Origin: Rotaria sordida
Taxonomy: Eukaryota
Direction: 5' to 3'
NCBI GenBank assembly: GCA_905250005.1
Contig: CAJNOH010001645.1
Span: forward strand, 14,850-32,000
Length of the DNA: 17,151 nt
Below the pieces are notes generated by a model, which worked only from the letters and a program-made list of their open reading frames with translations, ran no database searches and was not told the DNA's origin. This document shows positions 1 to 9,904 of this stretch, one piece after another (position 1 is the stretch's first letter; each line of letters starts with the position of its first letter). Both the position numbers and the translations under genes were made by a program.

Positions 1-3000
1 TGGTGATCAATTGTATTTTTTTTGGTGATCAAAAGACAATTTTCCCAACAGAATATATAAAACGATCATATGAAAAACATTTAATATCGTTCCGCTATGT
101 AAAAATGAATAAATTGCAGCTATTATATTTAGTTTTATCAAATTTTCTTTTTTAAGAAGTTCCACTTTTGTTATGATCGTGAAAAAAAAACAAATCTTCC
201 ATTCAACAATATGACATTAGACAAATTTTATTTTAAAAACGAGTAAAAATCTCGCTTAAAATCCGCTCGTTCTGAGAGATCGACAGTAACTCACTTTATG
301 AATCTGCTAAGATGAGAATAACTTGAGGATATTATTTATTGGATCGAATTTAATTTAGTTTAATTAAATAAGACGAAATATTAATCTTTATACTTGCTTC
401 TCAGTAATAAAATAAAACTAAATACTAAGTTATCTTTTCTTTAATCATTCAGATCATAATGGCAAGCATCATATCTACTAATACACCTCTTTGTGAGATA
501 TAGAAAGGACGGATATCTATACAAGAATAAAAGAACTACGAGCTTCTTATCGTAAATATAACATTTGGCGATGCTCAATTAAAAAAATATTTAGCAATCA
601 AAGTACTCTTCCTCTCAATTGACTGAAAACACAAATTAATCAAATATTTGTTATAGCCAATTTTCGAGAATTTTTTATAGTTGATTTTGTTTAATAAAAA
701 GTTGATAAAATCGGACAATATGGCAATTGTTTAATTTCAATATTTTTGATTTTCTCGATTTGAATTGAGCATATATCCTTGAAAGAAACTAATCCAACGA
801 TCAAAAATTAATTTTTTTTAAATATTTGAAAATAAAAACTAAATTAATTCTTATATCTCATATCACATGAATCAAGGCGAGGACAAGCGATTTTCTAGAT
901 ATAGTTGTTTTATTTTACTTTATCTATCTTCAAGATATTGCGCATGATTTTTATACGAACTTCAGTACTTTGTTTTAATTGCTAAAAGTTTTCTAACTAA
1001 AACAATCATTATTCGAATAAGTATTATAGAAAGTATAAAATTATATATTGATAAACTTTTGTACGGTAGGATGATTATTAATTTCTAAGAGTGTGTTAGG
1101 CTTGCTGATAAAAAAAATGAAATTTAAAGTTTCATGATTGTTTTCTTCTTCACCGTCTTCAAAATGACTAATTGTTAATTAATATTTATAACTGATTTCA
1201 ACTGTTGTCAATATGATTACAGCAAAAAAGCGATATCTCTCAAAAGAAATCAAGTTACAATGATTTTTACAATAAAATGAATTCTTTTTTTTTGGTATAA
1301 AAGAAATTCTTATGATTTGTCTCACCATATGATATATATATAGTCGGAAAACCATGTTTTCAATATTTTCGTAAGTTGTGCACGCAGATTTTATTCAAGA
1401 TACAGATAAATCGATTAAATATCATTTAAAGAGAAAAACGATATCACCCCAAAAAGTATTCACATGTCTGTTTATTTTAATTCATCATCTTAATATCAAC
1501 TAGTTTTAATTAATCTGTCTCAAAATCAGTTCAAATGAATAGTCGCAGCTATGAAAACCAATTGAAATTGAAATCACGAATGCCTTCTCAAATCCTTCTC
1601 AAATTGATTGTATGAGAGAATTTCATACAAAAAAAAAACAATTTCTTTAAACTTTAGCTCACTTTTGCAAGAGTATCCGTCATGGCCGTCTATATAGGTA
1701 TCAACGTAACATTATTTTTTTTCTCCTGGAAACGAATCAGAAAAAGATGGCGCTTTTTATCTTACAAAAATGATCTCTAGTCCAATAATTAATTCCAATA
1801 ATTTCAATATCGGATAAAATTTCTTTTCTAATTATTTCATTGTGTTATTGAACTATAAAAATGTTGATGTAGTATTTTCATAACATACCTTTCGCTTTTC
1901 TATTCTTACTTATGTTTTGTCTTTGTTAATTTGCTTCAAATTAAAAATATCTCTCATATATGTGGAGCATTTGTTAGTAAAAATGTTTTGGCGTAATTTT
2001 ATATCGGGCAACAAAACAAAAGAAAAGAAATTATAACCATATGTGCTTATTGACATATAGGTCTTCTTTGATGATTTTAATTAACATACGTCAGAAGAGA
2101 AGCACAGGTAATGCAATATTTTTAAATATTGTACTCTTTCTAATGTATCTGGTAACCATTTTAGACAAAGATAGAGGACAATGAAAGCATCTTTTAGATG
2201 CAAGATTTGTTGCTTTTAGATGAAAATAACATTCGTCAAACATATATCATTACCTTCCGTTCTATTTTTCTCTTTGTGTCCAACCTTTTTCTTCGCGCTC
2301 CTATCTTATTACTTTGGCGTCTACCATTCTCAATATGATACAATATGATATTGCTCTTTTTCTAGTACTTTTCCACTAAACATTGATTATTTGTCAAACA
2401 GTACATATCAAAAGTAAAGGTTGATGCAACAAAAGATGTTTAACTGAAACGACGCTTTGTGATATGACTGATTCAATGTTTTACAATTGCATACGTTAAA
2501 TATCTGAAAGTAGAACATTGAACTAAATGCCGATGTAGTTTGCAATAAAAATTTTTTTCATATTCTATCACCAGTCTGACAAATGTACAAATACAAATTA
2601 AATATACCATTATGTTGATTGAAGATTATGTGGTCGTTCTGAAAAATAAATTCATTAACAAACAAAAACGTCCTCCAGTATATCGAAATGAAAGTTTATG
2701 ACATAAACACAAATCTGATCAGCAGCAAAGGCGTATCTGAGCTGGTAAAACTTGTTGTCTTTCACGTGGCACTAATTGAACTGTGTACATAATAGTAGCA
2801 AACACACAGATTAGTCTTCTAAAATGACATAATCAGCAAAATTCATAAGTTTCATAGATAAACTAGACCAACTGCACATCCCAAACGTTAATAATCCAAA
2901 TACTTGATTTCATAAACAAAAATATTTATTAAATATGGTACCTAAACAACTATTCATACTCAGTGCGAAATATCCATTAACCGTTCTTTATATAATAGAT

Positions 3001-3259
3001 TCAGCTGGTCCATTACTACCAGTTAGTATTTATAATCTGCAATGAAATCAATTTCAATAATAGCAATAATAAGAATTTTCATAACAGTCCTAATAATACT
3101 ATATCGATAAAACGATTAACAATACAAACTAGCTACATATAATACAAAGAGCACTACGATTATATGAAGAACTAAGTACTACAACAATACAATTGAATTC
3201 AACGAAAAAGGAGATTTTGTTTATAGATCAATGCATGTTTTCTTGAATCATGATAATAA

Positions 3260-3711
3260 TTATTGCGGATGTTTCTTCTCAAATTCTAAAGCCATTGCTA
3301 ATAATTCTTCATCTGATATTTCAAGTATTGTTTCAGCATTTGTAGGTGTACTACCAATCATCATACGTGCACTAATGAACTTAGGTTCATCGGTAGCTTT
3401 CGAAACAATATTTGTGGCTTGTTTTTCATGCGAGGAATACTCTACCATCGTCTTTTTTGCCTCACTTCCAAGCTCAATAGATGCTGATCTCTTAAGTACA
3501 CGTTCAACAGTTGATGAATTTACCTGATATTATATCCATAGACATATCGATCTATCACATAATGTGTTCTTACCTTATTATCAATTGCGATTGCTGCAAG
3601 TTTAGAGAAAATGTTCATGTTTGATTCTGAATCTACTATGGCAAATTCGAAATAAATGTGAATTTTAGAAAATTAATTTGATATGGAATACATACTCGAT
3701 GATTGAGTCAT
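3260..3711 (-). CDS. Small spliced protein of unknown function, 113 aa, three exons: 3711-3696, 3635-3574, 3523-3260
   Basis: The minus-strand open frame 3523-3260 extends upstream of the listed 62-aa ORF. Two GT-AG introns (3636-3695, 60 nt, GTATGT...CATAG; 3524-3573, 50 nt, GTAAGA...TCAG) restore a continuous frame from ATG at 3711: MTQSSIDSESNMNIFSKLAAIAIDNKVNSSTVERVLKRSASIELGSEAKKTMVEYSSHEKQATNIVSKATDEPKFISARMMIGSTPTNAETILEISDEELLAMALEFEKKHPQ*. Exon lengths of 16, 62 and 264 nt sum to 114 codons including the stop. Confidence 0.6.
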
Positions 3712-4132
3712 GTTAGTTAGAAATATATGCGTTGTTATCGTATGTAAGGGTGTACTAGACAAATCTACAATAAATAAATAGTGTCATTTAAGTTCTGTGA
3801 TAGCTCAGATTGCAAGAATATATTTATTGTATTATAAAGATATTAATGTGATTAATGTTATTTATAGTTTTCATCAGAATTATGAGAAAAATCAGCATAA
3901 ATGGAATTGAATGGTATTTGTAGAACCTGGTTTAATGTCATATAAGTGTGTTTCAGTTTCACTATATACAGATAGACCTGATTTAAATATGTTGGAATGT
4001 TAGTAAATGGCGCGATCTTTTTCCGTTGTATTTGTGTAAATAAGTTAAGGTGTCTTTATGACGATTATCAACAAAGCATACACGATATGACATATAGCTT
4101 GATAAATATTGATAACTTATGCCTTGCAATAT

Positions 4133-4420
4133 TTATTTGTATTGCAATAAGTGTGGACATACATTGGACATAAATTTTTCTTGAAGTCGAAAAGTATCAA
4201 CATTATGTGCGAAAACTCGATAATATTCTTTTGTAGCAATACAAACATCATCTTCATCGACAACATACTTTTTATGCCCAATGCGGTATAGTGGAATCTC
4301 ATCCTGTGCCAGCATTGATTCAAAATCACCGTCGAAATTAATAGGCACTAAAGGATCAAAGCCTCTGTTACAATATTTGGCTATACGCGTGCATATATGC
4401 TTTGGACTTGCAGCATGAAG
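4133..4420 (-). CDS. Hypothetical protein fragment or terminal exon (...NRGFDPLVPINFDGDFESMLAQDEIPLYRIGHKKYVVDEDDVCIATKEYYRVFAHNVDTFRLQEKFMSNVCPHLLQYK)
   Basis: The C-terminal part of the 131-aa ORF has balanced, acidic and aromatic-rich, protein-like composition. Its N-terminal part is translated from the telomere-like repeat cluster and is probably not coding. No family recognised; the 5' boundary is a guess. Confidence 0.3.
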   Translation of the reverse strand, partial: LHAASPKHICTRIAKYCNRGFDPLVPINFDGDFESMLAQDEIPLYRIGHKKYVVDEDDVCIATKEYYRVFAHNVDTFRLQEKFMSNVCPHLLQYK

Positions 4421-4476
4421 AGTATAAACGATAAATGATCTTGTTGCAAGCGCTTGTAAAAAGGGAAATGTGGAAA

Positions 4477-4584
4477 GGGATGTGGGTGTGGGGTGTGGGT
4501 GGGGTGTCACTGTTGACATTCTTTTCATCTACACCTACACCCACACCCACCCACACCCCATCCACACCCCCCACACCCACACCC
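4477..4584. repeat. Telomere-like foldback cluster A: (TGTGGG-like) left arm, about 22-nt spacer, (CCCACA-like) right arm
   Basis: The left arm (4481-4508) reads TGTGGGTGTGGGGTGTGGGTGGGGTGTC and the right arm is 4531-4584. A 14-nt perfect inverted match GGGGTGTGGGTGGG (4490-4503) / CCCACCCACACCCC (4546-4559) is visible. Confidence 0.85.
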
Positions 4585-4955
4585 TATATGTAAAAAGATA
4601 GTTGCAAAGAAAAGAGAACAAAGAACTCATTGAAAAACAGTGAGGGACGTAATCATAAGTTGAATAAGTTCAGATATATTGAAGGATGACTTCAATAATT
4701 TTTTTCTCTTATCGAAAGTTAATTTTCTTTTTGAGATCTGTATGAGAATGGCTTAGAGCGGGTTGGAATGGGTTAGAGTGGACTGGTAAAAATGGTATTT
4801 GATGATTTTATCAAACGTTTTTCAAAGCAAATGGCTTAGAGTGGGGTCTCATGAGTGTAGAATGCGAAGTTCTATCGATTGATATTAACTCCGAGTTAAA
4901 CGGCGCTTGGAGTGGGTTAGAGCGTATTTTACAAATACCCTCAAATATTTTTACC

Positions 4956-5078
4956 TTTCGACATTTTTATCTTTTGTCATTTTTACATTTCGGCAGGTTT
5001 TACTTTCTACATTTTCACTTTCGACATCTTTACGATTCGACATTTTTATGTTTCGGCATCTGTGCCTTTCGACCAAAG
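4956..5078. repeat. Degenerate short-period repeat of TTTCGACATTTTTA-like units
   Basis: Successive motifs by eye: TTTCGACATTTTTAT, TTTTGTCATTTTTACA, TTTCGGCAGGTTTTAC, TTTCGACATCTTTACGA, TTCGACATTTTTATG, TTTCGGCATCTGTGCC, TTTCGACC. Confidence 0.55.
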
Positions 5079-5637
5079 TAGGGTGAATCTTTAAAATCAT
5101 GTCGAGGTTTACTTGATATTGTACCATCATGTTTTAAATGTGTTGTGGATCTATGTATTGATAATGAACGAGAATATGATGAACCAATATTTACTAAATT
5201 TGATGATAATAATCTATACCTATTTAATAGTGCTTGTAAAAAATGAAACTGCCCTTATTTTTATTACGTTTACCAATTACAAACATTTTTCTGGTAATTT
5301 ACTTAAATTTTGTTCGCAAGTCAGAACATAGCCTCCTTGTTACCATGAAAGCAATATATTTATTAAAAATTTTTAATATTTATTGTAAAATCCTTTTCGA
5401 AACAATATGATTGTATGTTGTCGACTATAATTTTTTGAAATTTAGAATAGTCAATTATTTATATTCTCTTTTTTTCTTTTTTCTTTTCATATTTTTACTT
5501 TATCAAGAGTTGTTATGCCAATAAAAATAAAACGCAATCAATAATTTCTGCAGTAATCTATTAATTATCATGACCAATATATTCAACTTTCTTATAGTAT
5601 ATTTATTTATTGATCACAATATTTACAACACTAATAT

Positions 5638-7394
5638 TTACAATGAAGAAAAATACGAAAGAAATTTTTCTGGACGAACAAATGGTTCTTGTATAACAAG
5701 ACGTTTTATTTTAGCACAAGTAAGATGTGCTGCATCATTGGTAAAACCTTGTGTTACAGTTGCTAATGGTTCATATCGAATGGTGAGATGTGTCAAACGA
5801 GGTAAACTAGTATTTTTATCGAAGAGAAATTGTACGACATAATCAATATGTGTCCTCTTAAGATCGAGTTCGAATAGATGAGCAAATGTAATAAATGTAG
5901 ACGAATTTTGTTTATTTTTTTGTGATTGCAAATTAGTAATGGATAATCTTTGGAGTAAAGGAAAACTATGTGAGATAACTTGAAATAATTCATTTTCAAA
6001 TGGACGTATATCTAACATTACTAACCATCGAACTTTATTGAACATACCACCTTGAAAACCACTGGTCATAAATATAAAATCGTTGAAATAATATGGAAGT
6101 GAATAGACATGAGAATAGCCTCTATTATATATGAGTTTCTTATCAGCGTATGTATCTACGTGTTGATATCCTCTTTTGATGAAACTATTGAGAATATCGT
6201 TCTTCGATGGAAGATCAATTTTAACGTGATCATTTTTAATATAGGTGTGTATACTAAAAATAAATTTGTTTAGTCTTGGCATATTAATGAGAAAATCATT
6301 GTATAATTGAGTGCCATCAATATAAGTCGATTCATTTCTTTTTATCGAAAGAAATAATATTAATTCTTCAAGATTTAACATTCGACGAAGTAATGGAACA
6401 ATACGATTATTATAAAAATATGTATACCAATACGATGTTAATGATAAACATTTCAACTTAGGAAGATTTTTCTAAAGAAAACAAAGCAATCATTAAATTT
6501 CAAAGATAGATTTATTTATATTCAATGATTATATTTATTCTTACTGTATTATCTATATTCAATGATGAATCGCTAATTTCAATTATATGAATAATCAATA
6601 TAGATAAATGTTGAAGACATCCATCAAGAAGATAAAGACAATCGTCAAAAGTATTTACAGTAATATTCAATTTAGTTAGAGTTGAAGATACACAAGTTGT
6701 TGATGGTAAATTAGAAAATGAAATTTTTGTGCGTTGAGTAAATGTCAAATCAATTAAACATTTACTAATAGATAGTATCAATGCAAACATGTTTAATTGA
6801 TTTCCATCAGGTATTTCACTTATTTTATCAGTAATATCGATTGTAAGATGTGTAATTTGATTATTAAGAAGACGAAGAAGTATAGTATCACCTTAAACGT
6901 ACAAAAATAAAAACACTGTTAGTCCATGAAAACAAATAAAAATTCATAATTATACCTGTTAAATGTTGTAGAAGTGTTTCTGATTGAAAATTGACTAATG
7001 ATAACGAATTAAGTTGAGAATAATCAATAGTATCAAGAATATATTTCATAGAAAGTGGTTCAATAGTAAATTTGTTTATTTTATGATGAATTCGAGGTAA
7101 GACTTGTGTACAAATTCCATCGAAAATTTTTTGATTATTTACTGAAGAATTATGATAAAGCAATGGTTTGATTGTTAAATCTAAATGATGAATATAGAAT
7201 CGATCAAGTACTAAACGATCAAATCGTTGATTCACATTCACTAGTGAATAGAGCATTTCAATTGTATGTAGTTTGTTAAGTATACGAAGTAATATCTCAT
7301 CAGGTAAATCAAGTATATTAATATCATTGTTATTTAAAGTGTACATGTTCATATCTAAGTGATATTTTTTATCATGATCAATCTCTTCCTCCAT
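5638..7394 (-). CDS. F-box domain protein of the type expanded in bdelloid rotifers, about 539 aa; exons 7394-6956, 6891-6545, 6471-5638
   Basis: N-terminal F-box signature LPDEILLRILNKLHTIEMLYSLVNVNQRFDRLVLD. Introns 6892-6955 (64 nt, GTATAA...TTTAAG) and 6472-6544 (73 nt, GTAAGA...CTTTAG) join the three tabulated ORFs in frame (439+347 nt = 262 codons, then 278 codons to stop). The C-terminal part contains FPLLQRLSITN...FLFDKNTSLPRLTHLTIRYEPLATVTQGFTNDAAHLTCAKIKRLVIQEPFVRPEKF, recalled as typical of the rotifer family. Confidence 0.88.
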
Positions 7395-7410
7395 ATATAT
7401 ATATATATAT
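7395..7410. repeat. (AT)n microsatellite immediately adjoining the F-box start codon
   Basis: The plus strand reads CCATATATATATATATATATCTTG. The CAT at 7392-7394 is the complement of the start codon, so the ATG is the last unit of the AT run. Confidence 0.8.
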
Positions 7411-7782
7411 CTTGAACTTTCTCATGACCGTCTGTGTGAACAATATTTATATAGTCATGTTAGGCAATGATGAATGACTAATACTATTTTTTTTTTCTTT
7501 CTACCTAAAATAACTCTTTAATGGCGAGATACGAGACATTAAAGAGGATTCATGTAGGCTCGACTTATTTTATTTTATTATCTTTTCTATTGTTTCAATG
7601 TAGCGCTCTTTTCTGCTGAAGTTCATTAGCAGGTGTAGCTAAGTTGTTAGTTTTTATTATCTTCTCGTACTATCATTCAGTAAAACCTATTTATAATCCT
7701 GTTTTAATTTGTTAAACTTCAACATTTCTTCAAGTTAAACTTTTCAATATCTGCTTATCAACTTTTTACTCGATTTGCAGTT

Positions 7783-8631
7783 ATGTCCGGTTTTAACATG
7801 CATTCTTATCATTTACCTCTTAATCTTATTTTACATTTCATAGCATTTTGTCATGGTATTCGTAACATTCGATATTCTACAATTCGCTCTTACTTAGCTG
7901 CTATTCGTTTTTATCGTTTGCGTGCGGGCTTTTCTGATCCATTTATAGATATGTACGGTTATCGAATACCACAAATTGAAATGATTCTTAAAGGCGCGCG
8001 ACGTTTAGATTCCTTACCCATTAAACAATGCAAACCTATTACCATCGATATTCTAAACAAATTAATTCGTGTATTACAATGCGGTATATTTAATCCTTAT
8101 ATCGATACATTAATGCAAGCAGCACTTACTACTGCATTTTGGGGTTTCTTCAGGTCCGGTGAATTATTTCCTGATAAATTTTGTCCACGTTTACATGTTA
8201 CACAAGCTGATATTCAATATGATATGAACTGTATTATTATTAAGTTAAAATCATCAAAAACTGATATAGAACGGAAAGGAGTGAATGTTCGTTGGTTTAG
8301 AAATGAATCCATGAATTGTGCTGTTCATGCTTTAAATTGTTTTACTGTTCTTCGCAACAGCAATAATTATGATTCTCCTTTCTTTCTTTTACCCAACGGT
8401 CACGCATTTACTCGTCGTGCTTTTATCTTCAATTTAAGACATTTATTACTTCAATTAGGTTATGAGGCTTCTGCTTATAGTGGACATAGTCTACGGGTAG
8501 GAGCAGCTGGTGTTCTTGATCATTTAATACAAATCCTAGGTCGTTGGAGTTCTTTGTCTTATTTACGTTACATCCGTGTTAGTGACACTGTTATTCTTAA
8601 AGCTCATAATAAAATATTGCAGTTGTCTTAA
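7783..8631 (+). CDS. Tyrosine recombinase / integrase-like protein of eukaryotic mobile-element type (DIRS/Ngaro/Crypton-like class not resolved); frame open upstream to 7708
   Basis: SAM-like N-terminal segment PLNLILHFIAFCHGIRNIRYSTIRSYLAAIRFYRLRAGFSDP. Catalytic motifs: R in FRSGE (codon 124), K in LKSSKTD, HSLR (H codon 235, R codon 238), GRW (W codon 255), and SYLRYIR with candidate nucleophile tyrosines at codons 260 and 263. Confidence 0.85.
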   Translation: MSGFNMHSYHLPLNLILHFIAFCHGIRNIRYSTIRSYLAAIRFYRLRAGFSDPFIDMYGYRIPQIEMILKGARRLDSLPIKQCKPITIDILNKLIRVLQCGIFNPYIDTLMQAALTTAFWGFFRSGELFPDKFCPRLHVTQADIQYDMNCIIIKLKSSKTDIERKGVNVRWFRNESMNCAVHALNCFTVLRNSNNYDSPFFLLPNGHAFTRRAFIFNLRHLLLQLGYEASAYSGHSLRVGAAGVLDHLIQILGRWSSLSYLRYIRVSDTVILKAHNKILQLS

Positions 8632-8668
8632 TCATTTCTTTATTTATTTTTTTTATTATTTTGGGCGC

Positions 8669-8695
8669 GAAGCTCTTATCTTGCGATAGAGCTTC
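8669..8695. other. Strong hairpin just downstream of the recombinase ORF
   Basis: GAAGCTCTTATC-ttgc-GATAGAGCTTC: 11 paired bases with a one-nucleotide bulge and a 4-nt loop, starting about 38 bp after the stop codon. Confidence 0.6.
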
Positions 8696-9567
8696 TTGTG
8701 GCGTTTGAAGTGCCCAAAAATGACTATAAAAAATGTCTTAACTTTATTTTATTTTTATTTTATTTTTGTTGTATTAATTGTTTTGTTTTTATCACTTTGT
8801 ACTTTGGCAGTAAATACATATATGCCCAACTCGCCACTACATTAATAACAGTCTTTCATAGAGAGATCGGCATGAATGTTTTTTTTTTCATTAACAAAGA
8901 ATAGATATATAATGCGGCCATCCTTGATATGTTACAATAGTTATCATCTATTAAATACACTATAGAAAATAGCATTATGTTTAGATGAAGTTAGAATCTA
9001 TATTTAAAGTCTTTTTTCAAACCATATTGTTGATGTATTTTATTTAAATCCAATTAAAAACTATAAGAATATAAAATGACTTTCATTCTAATTTTTTTTC
9101 AATATATAATTAAAATTCATAAAATGAAATAACAAAAAGAACGTAGAAATCTCATCTTCATTATTCTCAATTATAGCTTTATTGTTTGATAGATCTTTTT
9201 TTTTTATTATATTTTATGTAACTTAATTTGTGTTCATTTTTTGTCATGATTAAAGATTATTTCGTTGAAAAATACTGTTATATGAAGTCAATTGTTTATT
9301 GTTCATCTTTACTGTATAATAAAAGATCTCCATCACATCATATAGACAATGCTGAAGATCTAGCTGATATAATCGGAAACAATCACATACATAAAATGAA
9401 AAAACAAACAAGCATTTTAGCAATAATAAACTTGTTGAAATACGACAACAAAAAAATCTTTAAATCAAATCATCTCTTTCTTTTTTTATGGAAGATGTTA
9501 TGTATCGTTTTCTGGTACTAAAGTGTGCGACATAATATTAGTCCACTTTTTCTTTTTGCAATATCTT

Positions 9568-9636
9568 GGGTGTGGATGTGCATGCTGATGTTCATATGAG
9601 TGTAGATTTTCTCATCAATGATATCCACATCCACAC
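9568..9636. repeat. Telomere-like foldback cluster B0
   Basis: Perfect 11-nt inverted repeat GTGTGGATGTG (9570-9580) / CACATCCACAC (9626-9636). The right arm sequence GATATCCACATCCACACTG resembles GATATCCGCACCCACACTC in the next cluster (9842-9860). Confidence 0.65.
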
Positions 9637-9801
9637 TGCTTGACAAAGTTGCAGAGTATTCAGGTTCCTTAAAAATGAGACGTCTACCAGCTTTCTAGCA
9701 CGTTTTTTGACAAAATTATAAGCATAATACTTTTGAGAGTGAAATATGCTGGAAAAAAAGCGCTATTGTTCAAATTGACAGCAAAGTTTCTGACTTTAGA
9801 A

Positions 9802-9904
9802 GGGTGTGAGTGGGTGTGGGTGTGAGTGTGTGTGATGAGAAGATATCCGCACCCACACTCACACGCTCATCTACACCCCACACCTGCAACCAAAGCCACA
9901 CCCT
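9802..9904. repeat. Telomere-like foldback cluster B (GGGTGTGAGTGGGTG... / ...CACCCACACTCACAC...)
   Basis: G-rich left arm about 9802-9834; C-rich right arm about 9849-9904, which directly abuts the first unit of the tandem array. Confidence 0.75.

Noticed and set aside
1-32. Direct repeat TGGTGATCAA at 1-10 and 23-32
   Set aside because: Too short and at the window edge; the surrounding AT-rich sequence gives no element structure.
3231-3527. 98-aa plus-strand ORF
   Set aside because: Antisense shadow of the terminal exon of the spliced minus-strand gene; the opposite frame has consistent splice sites and start.
4851-5081. 76-aa plus-strand ORF rich in FHFLHFGRFYF
   Set aside because: Translation of the degenerate TTTCGACATTTTTA repeat; low complexity.
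5570-5842. 90-aa plus-strand ORF (RSFYSSTS..)
   Set aside because: Overlaps the 3' exon of the well-supported F-box gene on the opposite strand; no independent coding signal.
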